Shown here in pieces: positions 38,545 to 51,058 of a stretch of DNA of 64,000 nt (its first letter is position 1; each line of letters starts with the position of its first letter). The position numbers and the translations under genes were made by a program. Under the pieces are notes generated by a model. The model made no database searches, had not been told where the DNA came from, and was given only the letters and a program-made list of their open reading frames with translations. The stretch comes from Bigelowiella natans CCMP2755 (lineage: Eukaryota; Protista; Cercozoa): positions 124,001 through 188,000 of the forward strand of contig ADNK01001927.1 of NCBI GenBank assembly GCA_000320545.1. Direction: 5' to 3'.

Positions 38545-40743
38545 AAGATGTGTAAATGCATGTGGACTTCTTATGAAGTGCAGCAAAAGATGTATTACAG
38601 TGTATAAATATACTTAGAAGATGGTCGTTCATAAATATATAACGCACCAAAGAGAGCTGTATTACTTATGCTACGACGAATATTATTCAATAGGAAAAGG
38701 ATAAAATCATCAACAAATATGAGTCAGAGCTAAAAGCAAGTAAAACAACATCACACAACAAAGATTCTTTTCTCATAGTCATAATAATAATCATGAGCAT
38801 TATGAACAATGGTATGACTAATGGTATCACTAAATCTCTTTTAACTCACCAACCACAACCTGCAAGTTGTTTGTTTTTGCAACTTGGACTAAATGTGTGT
38901 GCACATCACTTTAGCTTCGCTCAAGATCGAAAGGAAGCAGATTTATATTGCCAGACTCAATAAAAAGTAAAATTATAACACATCGATTTACTTCATGAAA
39001 CCGAACGATCAACCAAATTTTGTTTGAAGAACTACTAGATTTATAAATCTGCACGCACATTAAATTGAGGCATCATAGTTTTCTCTTTGGCACCACTGCG
39101 AAGAAGTTGTGAGATTATATATGTGTGTGTATATTAATGTGTGTAAATATATACAAATGGACAGATATGATGAGTTGACGGCGAATGACAGTGAGGAAAA
39201 TACAGGCCCCCTTGAAGCAACTATAAAAACATTAAAAAGGTATGTGGTACTCACCATCCTAAGTAGCAGCTGTAGTAGGAGGAGGAGGGGGGGTGGAAGA
39301 GGAAGAGGAGTAAGAAAGACTCAACACAAAGAAGACCCTTCTCCTCCTCCTCCTCCCCCTCCTTTTACTGCTGCCTATTACACTGTTCAGCTTCTTGCCA
39401 TGCTGCTCTAAAACTTGCATGCATACACAAATACAAACATACATCCATACATACATACTACGACTTCTGCTACTATCCTATAGCTAAATGCTTATTGAAA
39501 GGACTGCTGCTGCTGTAAATGTGACTGCTATCACAATCACTCACATAGCATACAAAATCTCAATTCCAGTGTCTTTGTATTATTACTTCGCTAAATCCAT
39601 TTAATATTTTCGTTGGTTCATTATTTTCCTCCTCCTATTGTTCATTCTTCTTCTCATTGTTTATAATCCAAAGGGACATTGAGCACTTCAAAACTGAAAC
39701 GGCTCACCAACAGCGAAAGTGGATTGGCCTGCAAAACACACTGGTCAACCTTGCCCAAGAAACAGGACAGATTGACAAAAAATCTGCTGAAATGCGGTCA
39801 AAGATCAGCGTACTTGAGCAAAAGAACCTACGCATTAAGAGCCAAACGAAACATGAACAAAACGAAGGAAAAGCTCTCAACACACTTATTCGCCACTTAC
39901 ATTTCGATGCTAAGAAGTTAAACGACATGATCGCTAAATCTGAGATATTAGCGAAGGAAATATCCTCCTCGAATTACACGGCAGAACAAGACTTTGCAAA
40001 CGAATTAAAGTCTCTCTCTGACGCCTCCAAGGTAACCTTTTCCGTGAAGAAGAAAGGCACTTAGATAAAATACCATGTAATTGATAAAAGTCAACCAGCG
40101 AGAGAGCACCGAATAATGCGACAATAAACACATACATACATACTACTCTCGTGACTAGAATTAATAATCCCAGGCTCGCCAAGATAAAATACAGGCCTTG
40201 AAGACTGAGAAAGAAGAAACAATTCAAAAAGTCATTGAAGCAGAGAAAATGGTAGTAGGAGCACCGAAGTATTAGTAGTAGGAGTAGGAGTCTATTTGAG
40301 CTCTGCAGCGGTTCATATATTTATAACATGTGCACGTGTATGCAATAGCATGAATAGTATATTAGTTTTAGTAGTAGTATTCACTTTGGTTGCTGCAATG
40401 ATGATGAAGATGAGCTCTCTGGTCATAAATAATACTATTTGTAATAAAACCATAAGCTATATTTTATGAGAGTTGTATTTGAATTGTATCAAGATAAATA
40501 TTTTAAGTTAATACAATAACATACGTTGATAATAAAGGTGATGCTGATGGAGAAGAAGATACAATTAGAAAGAGAGACTCACGCTGCTATAGACCCTGAG
40601 TTCGGTCAACCTGAGATAAAAGGTACTACATGCTACCACTACCACTACTACTACTACTACTACTACTAGTAGTACTACTACAACGGCAATCATATCATCA
40701 TGCAGGCCAATTACGATTAAAATTTAAAACAAAGCATCACATT

Positions 40744-40778
<35 letters not shown>

Positions 40779-42345
40779 TAATTGTGTGTGTGATATGGTA
40801 TGGAGAAAGAGAGTGGGGGGGGGGAGGAGGGGCGAGGAGGAGAATTATACCGGACAAGCTTTTAAAAACATGAAATATGGTACAGGAATGAAAAAGGAGA
40901 TTCATCGCATGGAGATCAGACTAACACAACTGAAAAAACATCAAGAGATGATGATTCAGCAAATGGAAAGATCTATACAACGCAGGTCGTCTTCCTATTG
41001 GCAATGTTCTGCTTATACATATTATCGATATATCTTAATATGTTCAATATAAATTGATGACGGTGTGATAGTGTCTGCTAATCATTTGATGTATAGCCGA
41101 ATTATTACCATAGAGCTTGTCATATCATAGCGTCCACATAGCAGCAAGTACATGGCTGCTAGTCGTTGCTGCTTCAATTGGTAGAGTAAATGATTGATTT
41201 ATCGGTCTAACTCTTTTGTTGTAGGCAAATGATACAGATGGGTCACGAGGCATCAAAGGGAAAAGGAGAGTCTAAAATAAACTTGAGAAAGAAAATATCA
41301 GCCCTTAAGAACGCTCTAAAAGCTAATATGAGAGAATTCAAAAAGGTTACTATCGATTTTTGCTCTTTTCCCTGAAATATCTACTACTACATTGTGTACT
41401 TGGTACTACTCTTTATTTCTGAATTATTTGACACAATTATCAGGTTGAGCTTCTCGCAGAGGATGCAGAAGCACAAGGAAAGGATATCCAAGCCAATGTG
41501 GACATAATGGCTGAGAAACTAGGAGCTGTGGAGAACGACAAGCTTGATTTGGAACATGAGCTACAAACCAGTAAAATATCACGTAGAATTAACGAGAATA
41601 AGCTCTTGCTCTTGGAAAGAAAGAAGTTCAGAGCCAGAGAAATCTTGCGAAAAAAGGTGGAACTACTACTACTACTACTACTAAACTTAACAATGATCAC
41701 ACTGCTACTGTTGAAATGATGCGTGCGAGGAGAAACCACTTGCGGTAGTAACATGGTTGACGAAACTTCTAAGATTAGAAGAAGGCGTTATCATTTATTG
41801 CACTCATGAGAGCACATCGCTACCATTATAATACCAATACCAGTGCTTCTGGCGAGGTGTTACTGTTGCTTGTAGTAAGTAGTAGTAGTAGTACTCTTTT
41901 AACAAATTGTCGCACCACATTGGTGGTGGTGGTGGTGGTGGTGGTCTTAGGAATTCACCCAAGCAGACTACGAGCTAGGAACTATGGGGTTAGCAAAGGA
42001 AGCAGAGATAGCCAAAAAGATCAACAAGGTAATAATGTATGTAGTAGCAGTACTTTTCCTCTTGCGTTAAGCATACACGACATCACATGATAACAATATC
42101 CCACATATAAACATGCATACATACACACATACTTAAAATCGAAGAATTAATTATGATCAATGAGCAACAACCACCTATATAGTACATACTTCAGCTGTTT
42201 CATCATTCCCAATTGAGGGTAAGAACGTTTATGTTAATTGCATGGGTTGAAAATGATATTTTCGTAGGTCCTGCTCACTATGGGACAAAACTATCCAAAG
42301 TTTGCGGAATACATGGAGCAAATTCAAAGATTTCTACTGGAATGA
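35795..42345 (+). CDS. CCDC40: Coiled-coil domain-containing protein 40 (axonemal 96-nm ruler subunit, FAP172-like), about 20 exons
   Basis: DPNHQLLDRVQRALYEQL, REQTG|VELYGFQQQLAKLQ, EKEKREQDILIDEL, QRWKTSLTGMKRRDE, DPEFGQPEIK|GMKKEIHRMEIRLTQLKK; stop at 42343-42345. Confidence 0.9.
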
Positions 42346-42827
42346 GCTCTTATTTTCCTCTCAACCTTATATATCGCTGCACTAAAAAGGAGCTGCAATT
42401 CTGGTTTTTAAGTCATTCCAAATGGCAGCAAAGCAATCCCATGTATCGTTGTAATTAACAATGATGCTTCAAGCATCATGTGTTCTTGCTACTTATGTTA
42501 TCTTGGATTTAAACATAGCCACAATGCACACACAAATGTCACGTGTCTACGAGATGAAATCCAATATGCATTTAAATTTACAGCCGGTCCTGGCTTAGTT
42601 TGCAAATATCTCTATATAGCGCGTGACGTGCTGTGCAAGACGGATGTAATAATAATTAATCAATTAAATTTGTTCGATGGTCATCCTAATGTGCTATGCA
42701 AAGCTGCGACAATAAATATATGCATGTACGATATACGCGCTTATTTTCATAGGTCACTATCTAGCTTTGAAAATCTAGCAATGGCGACCTGCTGCCGCTA
42801 CGCCGCTTTATTCGATCTATAATATCT

Positions 42828-43052
42828 ATAATATCTTTTTAACGCAGGACAATTAGCTCGTGCAGTTGCGCGCAAAGTACGACATGCTAGATGACCAAAT
42901 CACAATGCATTTTCGATGCATGCAACATGTGACCAAGGCAGGAAACAAACAGATACAATTTAAGCGCTGTAGCCGCTACATTGCACAGCTACATTAGGAT
43001 GACCATTGAAAAAATTTAAATATTTCATTACATCCGTCTCATAATATCTTTT
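42828..43052 (+). mobile_element. About 200-bp 5'-truncated copy of the 4.5-5.8 kb LINE family (or a SINE sharing its tail) with a candidate 12-bp target-site duplication
   Basis: 42941-43041 matches 5688-5788 at 95 of 101 positions; ataatatctttt occurs at 42828-42839 and 43041-43052. Confidence 0.8.
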
Positions 43053-43747
43053 ATGTAGTTCGGGTTTCCGATCTTACTCTCATTGCTTTATGTGGCGCAT
43101 GTGTGGAGCTATCATCCATATTAGCTATGCATTGTAACACCTGGTGCGTGTACTAGTGTAAGCAAAGCTAGCAGTGTGTACCACTTTAATGTAACGTAAG
43201 CGTAGCTACTATGGCAGTGCACAATACAGCTAGCCATGCAAAGGTAGAAATAAAGATGTTATCTAGATATGCATGTGTGTATAAAGATGTAGCGCTAGGG
43301 TGATCAAGTGATATTGACTATACATGCATTTTTTTGGTTTACAAGTAGGCATGCATAATGTAGCGCCCTTCAGTCTAGTATGTAGTGCTAGAGTGCGTGT
43401 TTACTTCATAGCAATGATGATTGCAAGCGAATATTAATTAGCAATTGTTATCATGTTGTTACGTAACGTGCAGCCCATCTCTAGATTTAGCTGTTCTGCT
43501 CTAGTTAGCTTGTACTTGCTACGCATGCAGCTCAAAGTAGTCTAGTGATCAGTCCCATGCATATTTCCAGTCGAATCGCATGCAACGCAACATCAACAAA
43601 ACAAAGTTTAAAAATCGGCAGTAACAAGGAAAAACCTGGGTGACTTTTCATGCTTACAGCCACGATGTAGACAACTCTGTTTTGCATTACATCGTCACGT
43701 TAATTGTACCCGTAGCATATCAAATAGCATCGTGGATACATAGATAT

Positions 43748-43789
<42 letters not shown>

Positions 43790-43957
43790 ATATACATACA
43801 TGTAAAAATATGTGTGTGTGTGTGTGTGTGTTGTGTGTTTGTGTTACAGGTGACAAATCCATCCCTTATTCCTATTTTTGGTTCATTTAGGTGCACAGCT
43901 ACACGGTACACGAATTGTTTCGTCTGTTGCGTTGTTGTGAATAACAATATGTTTAGT

Positions 43958-44784
43958 TCAAACTATCTGTTGGTGTCTTGATGCAGTAACTCCCCCTCCT
44001 TTTATTACTGCTGCATCCATTGACTCGTCAACGTTAGACTCTAGACGCTCTTCCATAAGTTTAATGATGGTGTCTTTCAACTCCTTTTCTTTCTTACGTG
44101 CCATTTGAAGTTTCAACTCAAAATCAACAATCTTTTCGCTTAGATCCTTGTTCTTTTTTTCAGCTGCTAATCCAGCCAATTTCAACGTTTTGAACATTTG
44201 CAATGTCTGGAAAGATTTAAATCAGTAGCATTGGTCAGTTTACCACAGTACTGGCTAATTACAGTTTATTACATTGTCTCTGGATTCACTTGCAGTAGTA
44301 GTTCCTGATATCCCAGAAAGTTCAGGATTGATCATAGATGAAAATTCAACTTTTATATCTTGTTCCCTGCGCCCGATTGCACGCATGTGAGAGGTGGTCT
44401 CCCCTTTATAACTTTCGCGCGCTGACTTAGAACTTTCCTCGACGTTTAACAAGATACCATATATTCTAGGACCTATTGTTATGGGATTATTTCGGGGTGA
44501 ATATTAACGAGAATAGTAAACGGTTATTTCACAGATGATGACGATAACGATGATGTCTAATTAGCTGCTGAAACACCACATAAACATTTTACCATAAAGT
44601 AAGCATTCGATAGAGAGAAACGTAATAAGGATTCCTGAACTGAAGACCGCATATCCTTGATCAGGATTAAATCTTGGATGAAATCACACATATAGAAACA
44701 CAAATTCAAATGAGAGATTTTGTTGAAATAAAATTGAACAAATTCTCTCGCATATATGGCTTTATGAATTTATTGGTGTTATGT

Positions 44785-44823
<39 letters not shown>

Positions 44824-46616
44824 CATTATAAACATGGCGGTGTCTTACTCTAGTCCAGCGAAGAGAATGACAAAGATGATGAAGATGAAGACAGCGCAGT
44901 ACAACGACATTGAGATTTCTTTCGATTCATTAAACCGATCTTCAACGTTTCTCAGCAAAAAGGCCAGGTATACACCGTAGAGCAGGAATGATAATTCAAA
45001 TATCATAATTACATAGTACCACAGTTGAGAACGACTCTTACACACCAATATGATAGCATCTTCTCCTTTATTATATTCTTCATGTGGGAGGGGAGGGTCA
45101 AGGACAAACCAAAGAAGGATGTATAAACTTACAACAACAACTAAACCAACGACAGGTGCAAGAATCCCAAGGTCACTAAGATTACTACTATCTTGAACTT
45201 GATCTAAAAAGATGTGCTTTATCCTTCGGTTTTTGGCAAATAGTGGACCAAATACAAAAGCAAAACCTAGATGGCCAAGAGATGGTTGGCTTTGACAATA
45301 CGCAGCGGTTGGATGAGGATAACCAACAATGACGCAAACGAATAGAAGAATGCAGCCTATGTTGATGATTTGCATGATGTTGGGGCTTGCTGCCTTTATC
45401 CTAGGTTCTTTTCTCCAAAAATAGGTCAGTGACATAAGTATGATCACCATAAAAATTAAAAATCCCGCTAAACAGGGGTATGCCATTCTAGTGTTGCTGT
45501 AGTTAAAGGTTGGAGGAGTCTCTTCACCGGAAGGAGCACTTTCAATCCCCGTTTGACCATTTGACCAATAGGGAGAACTTGATGAGCTTAGACCATTTTC
45601 AAACACAAAACCGTCGATTGAGGACCAAGTAGCAATCTTCTTCCATGAAGTAGTAGCTGTAACCCCAGATCCATAATATCCATAGTTTCTCAAATCATAC
45701 TCTGCAATATCTCTATCCTGGTTCCCATTAAACGAGACTACTCCAGATATTCCATTTGTACTACTTACCTTAAGCTTTTCGGTAAGATTCTTACGATAAT
45801 TTGAGATACTATCATCACATGGGTTGCGGCCTTCTAATGCTAAGCTTTCTATTGCTGTCAGCAAAATCTTCATTGCATCATACGCGAAGTATGCATAAGA
45901 GTTGAGGCTTGTTCCATAGGAACTATAACTTGATGGTGGAGAAGATGCACTGTAGCTAATCCCACTATTGATGAATATATGGAAGTAGAAAGAAGAACAA
46001 GAACAAGAACAAGAACAAGAACAAGAATGAAACATCATCAGATTGGACATGAGGGAATAGTAACTAATCTCTTGACCTTAATTGCTTATTTAAAAAATAT
46101 GAGTTATTTGTCAGATAGGAAAATAATTCTGATTAAGTACCGAAATCCTGTTATTATTCCTCCTGGTCGGTTATAAGTTGAGTTCCAATTTTGAGCAAAG
46201 TTGGTATACTGTTGGTTTGTATAAGTACTGAGAGGATTGAATGCAATAAAGCCTGGAGCAATTGGTGCGAAGGTAGGTGAGAACGATTCTCCGGAAAAGC
46301 CGTCAGATGATATCCACACCCAATCAGGTCCGTACATCCCAAGAGCTACTGCTTGTTCCAAGATGCGCTTAGTGTCACCGGACAAAGCAAATACAACTAC
46401 AACACGAACCCGTGTTTTCTTAACCTAACATAAGACACATAATCTCACCATTTTTTATATCAATACGACAAGGAAGTTGTGCTCACACAAGACAAAATAT
46501 ACATTATCTCACCGAATACGACAAGGAAGCTGTGCTCGAACAAAACAAAATATATCATCTCACCGGATATCAAGAAGCATACAATTTTTACATATAGCAA
46601 ACCACGTTCATACGTA

Positions 46617-46648
<32 letters not shown>

Positions 46649-47526
46649 TACTTTCTCAAGAGCCGTCTGAAGAATATTTGTATTCGTTTCACCAGGGAAA
46701 AATTCCTACAAATGATAATGAATAAAGCACACAATACTACTACTTCTAATAGAAATATAAACTATTACTTGTTGTGTAGCCACTGACAAGCCAGCAGTAA
46801 CTGCTTTTGAAACTAAGGAAGCTGCTCCAGTACTACCATATGTATCTAGAGAGTTAACGACGCAGATTTTTTTCCAACCAACATAGGTGACAAAAGCCAC
46901 CATCGCTGCTGCTTGACCACTGTCTTCTGGAGTAGTGCGGAAGAAATTGGGATAAGTAGCTTTGTTGCTGAGCTCAGAACTCGTAGCGGCGTACGAAATG
47001 TGAGGCAGTCCAAAGACTGTTGCAAGAGGGCTAACAGCCTTGCTTGTTGAAGAAGAATTAGGCCCCAAAAAAGCAGCGACAAAGTTCGTTAACAGCAAAT
47101 AAATTGCTGAGTTTGTGGCGGTTGTAAGGTCGGAATTGGAGCTCACAGAGGATTCTGAGTGAACATATCGTTTAGATGCTTTGTTCAAAGGGAAATGTTT
47201 GAAAATGTAAAAGAGAGTTGAGATATTGGTCTATTACCTGACTCGAGGAAGTATGAGACGTTTATGTTGGCGTTAGTACCAGTCAGCGTGTAGACAGTCG
47301 CAGCTGTAGCACCAACTACATTCATGCTGGCAAACGATGGTGTACAACTACCACCAAAGTAATCACACAAAGCAGCCCGCGCGGCTGCCTCACGTTGCAA
47401 ACCAGCTGGACTCCTTCGCATTTGAAATATTCCACCAATGGGTACATTGCAGGTTGTCGATGATGATGATGCTACGGAAACAGATAGCCCGAATATGAGC
47501 AGACGGGTGGTAGTTGAAATCATCAT
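43958..47526 (-). CDS. Class C GPCR, GABA-B-like (Venus flytrap/ANF-receptor domain, 7tm_3, C-terminal coiled coil)
   Basis: Signal peptide; AFLGPNSSSTS, PHISYAATSSELSNKATYPNFFRTTPEDSGQ, GMYGPDWVWI, YFAYDA, GISGVVSFNGNQDR; IKAASP, FGPLFAKN, RNVEDRFNESKEI; seven hydrophobic segments, with TM7 in the exon at about 44593-44672; no Cys-rich domain. Confidence 0.9.
46462..46565. repeat. 53-bp intronic tandem duplication
   Basis: aatacgacaaggaag.tgtgctc starts at both 46462 and 46515. Confidence 0.85.
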
Positions 47527-48340
47527 GATAAACCTAGAAATTGTACAACAATTAATCTTAGCTGCGTTGTATGGTTTAATGAGAGAATGCTATTGGTACT
47601 AGCTCCGATTGGAGAGATATTTGCGTTTTCCTCCTCCCCTCCGCAACCGCAAATCTACAGATGTCATGCTGAGAGTACGTTCCGGCCATCAAACGTCGCT
47701 CAAGTTCATGTTCGAAACGGCCTATGTTTCTCCTTGTTTTGGATTATTTTTCCGATAAATTTGAAGTAATTCGGTGGTAGTTGTTACCGTAATAACGTGA
47801 GTAGTCCTATACTCGCACATGATTGATGATGATGATGATGATGATGACCGGTAGTAGTAGTTCCTAATAGATGATGTTTATTATTACAACAAATAAAACA
47901 ATAATAGCTGTGTCATCATCATTTATGTAGGCTACTAGATATAATGCGACTTTCTTTTCTTGATGTCTCTCCTCTCTATTTTCCTACTGTCAAGCAAGCC
48001 AGTCGCTGAGGGGAAAATAGCATTGATTTTGGGTAATGCGCCTTTCCTTTCTTGATGTCTCTCTAACTAGTAGGAGACAGTCCTTCCGTTCGGACTCTTT
48101 TCCCTCCCTATCCCTACCGATTCTTCTACATTCGTACACCGACCACAGCAGGATAACGAGGAAGGGAAGAAGACTATGTCAGTCTTCATAGTTGTGATCG
48201 TAAAAATAATAAATATTATTGTTGTTGGAGAAGGGTGTGGGAAGAATTCGTTGTATTTCTGTCAGCATCATCTTCACGATAGACATGAGATCGATCATCA
48301 TTATCATTGTCGCGCACCCACAATTTATTTCATCAGAAAA

Positions 48341-50268
48341 ATGAGTAGTCGATACCGAGGAGTTCCCTCCGAAGAAATACCGACTCAATTTAACTTTGTT
48401 GGAGAGGTGGTCTAATGGCTACTACAACAGTATGAGATGTCTGCATCACATCAGAAGTTTTAACTCCTTCGCTCCTTCCTCGACGGCTGATATATGCATA
48501 CTCACCCTAAAGGTTCAACACGTTGCTGGTATTATTCCTCCTATTTCAGTTCCATTTAATAGGAAGAGTGCTAAGGTAGTAAGTAAGTGAGTAAGTAAAA
48601 AGTACAAGACAAGCGCTTATCTTTCAATGGAAAAATCGCCTCTTGCAGCTTTTTTCAGTACTACTTTATGCCCTCCCCTCCCCTCCTCTCCTGTGAAAAC
48701 TACGACGTTTAGAGTATTTTGAGGTACTCGGAGGCATTCAGTGCGTTAATCACATTATGGGTAAGTAGTAGGCATTGCAGCAGATGTATGATGAGTGATG
48801 GAATAAGCATTAGATGTAGTCATAGCAGCAACGTGTGAATTGGATGCTTAAATCGTGAAGATATTGCTTCTTAATTATTATCTTTGTGATTGGCAAATGG
48901 TATTTTGTACGGATTTGGAACAATCCTTGCATTACTTTTTGAATGATGTATCATTATTTGTGTGCCGTTGTATTTGGCAGATTATATCACTACTTGTGTA
49001 CTGTTATTTGGCAGATTATATCATGTACAAATTACGAAACACTCCCTGCTTCTTCGAATGTAATGCTTATACAGGTATTGTTGGCTGCTATTACAAACCG
49101 AGTAGAGGAAAACTCAGCATGCATGTTTATTGATGATAATAACCAACTTGAATCATGTTCAATACAATAATAAGGCATCTGGCGTATCATTCGTATTTGT
49201 TGCCTACATCTTTGATGCTCTCAACTTCCAAGGAAGATATTGGTTGGTGCTGCTACCTCTGATCGTTGGAGAATAATAGCTTGTATTAATCGACGATAGG
49301 AGTCCTGTCGTCGTACCGCTGCCAATCTCACCCTCATTATTATGTGAAATGTTGATTGATATTCTCTCTGTGTGTAGTTAGTAAGCACTTGGTACGACAA
49401 CGAGTAATAATAAGCATTTCATATCACGTGGCTAAAGAATGAAAATAGGAAATAATTTTGAAAAACAATCAAAAAGTAGTTATGATACCGATTGTGTGAG
49501 AACAGCCCTGATAGCTATCACAATTTCTTCTGACATTAAAGGGAGATTTGGCCAATCATGGAACTCTCAATAGACACTTTGCTTACATTAGTCACGCTTT
49601 CAAGGTAGTGATAATTTGTTGATCATCAGTGAGAAGATTGGGGGGAGAAATGGTAGTAGTGTGAAGATTGCTTCATGTTCACTGCACTCACCCACGGAGT
49701 CCTACCAGAGTATTGCTTACTACTTCTGCTGCTGTTATTTAACGCTCACATGATATCTTGGAAAAAAGCGGAGTCTGCCTCTTTTCAAAGTGCATGCAAA
49801 CTATACATGGTGGCAGCATACCATATTGCTCTGAGGTATCATGACTACTACTATTACTACCACTATTGCTGCTGCTGCTTTAAGATGGAACTTTAAACAT
49901 AGACTTTACAAGCAAACAATCTAAATGAGCAGAATATAGCTACTGTTTGGAATAGTATATTATTGATACATCATAAACAACCACCTACATATTATTGATA
50001 CATCATAAACAACAACCTACATACATATATTAATACGTGCAGAGTGGAGGAGTTTTAGATTCGTGGATAGAACCAAGTGCTGGTGCAATTACAACAGCAT
50101 TAACAGGAATATGCTTTTCGCAATCAATGTCAGTTGTAGCTCCTAGTGGTTTCTGATGCCTGCAGTTCTAATTTAATGGGTACTGTATATCGAGAAATAA
50201 TAACAAGTATCATCTACAGGTTCATTGACTACGTGCGACTGAAGAAAGGAGATTTTTACAACTATTAA
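48341..50268 (+). CDS. Small multi-exon hypothetical protein, probably membrane-associated
   Basis: Short exons: MSSRYRGVPSEEIPTQFNFVGE, VQHVAGIIPPISVPFNRKSAK, VLLAAITNRVEENS, SGVSFVFVAYIFDALNFQGRY, EIWPIMELSIDTLLTLVTLS, FIDYVRLKKGDFYNY*. Confidence 0.5.
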
Positions 50269-51058
50269 CAACAGCTTAAGTTCGGTTAAGGTTTCTCATA
50301 CTCGCCACGCAATACTAGAATAATGGAATTCAGCATTCAATCACCTAGTGGTGCATGCTATGTGCAGGGACGAGGAGGATATGTAAGCATTATTATTGTG
50401 CGAAATTAAATAGCCTCTATGGTGAAACCTTATTATCATTGTGCACTAGTGCATGCCATCCTAGCGACAGCATTCTAGTGTGAGTGTGAGTGTGATTATG
50501 TGTGAGTGTATATTGTATGCGTGTGTTGGGCTGACATATGTCATACACAGTAGACACACAGAGCCTACGTTAGCGATTATAGACACAATAGTATGATATA
50601 TATGCTATTTATTAACATATTACAATGTCTATTATAGCGTCTATGGTTGCTATTAAAAGCTTCATGCTGACTGTAAAGTATATGCTACGCCGCAGTCGCA
50701 GTGTCATGTTTTGCTGTGCATTTACCCAGTACATGCTAGCATGGCAAGATGTCCAGAAGGACAGCAAGCTTCTACACGTCTGGCTAGCGCTGGCAAATTT
50801 TCGATAGTAACCAGTAGGACTATGAACTTCGAGTAGTCTCATTATCACGCATGCGGCCAGTTGCATGCGTGCATTTATTAGACATTGGCTGACACAAAAT
50901 CTTACTCATAATTACGGAACATTAATGCCACTGATGATATCTATAAGGGGACAAAGAGATCAATCTTTAAAATAAAAAAAAACTTCCCGTGGTTTGTTTA
51001 GATGCTTATGCAATGCGAGACTATTTGCACATGTGTACTACTACAGAGAATTAAGCAT

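Noticed and set aside
23375-38745. Apparent GC splice donors at about 23381, 23751, 35820 and 38735
   Set aside because: In each case the frame stays open to a nearby phase-compatible GT donor.
42941-43041. Classical RIP (CpA to TpA) acting on the short copy
   Set aside because: RIP would raise TpA in repeats. The repeats here are TpA-free, and LINE motif conservation indicates TA is ancestral.
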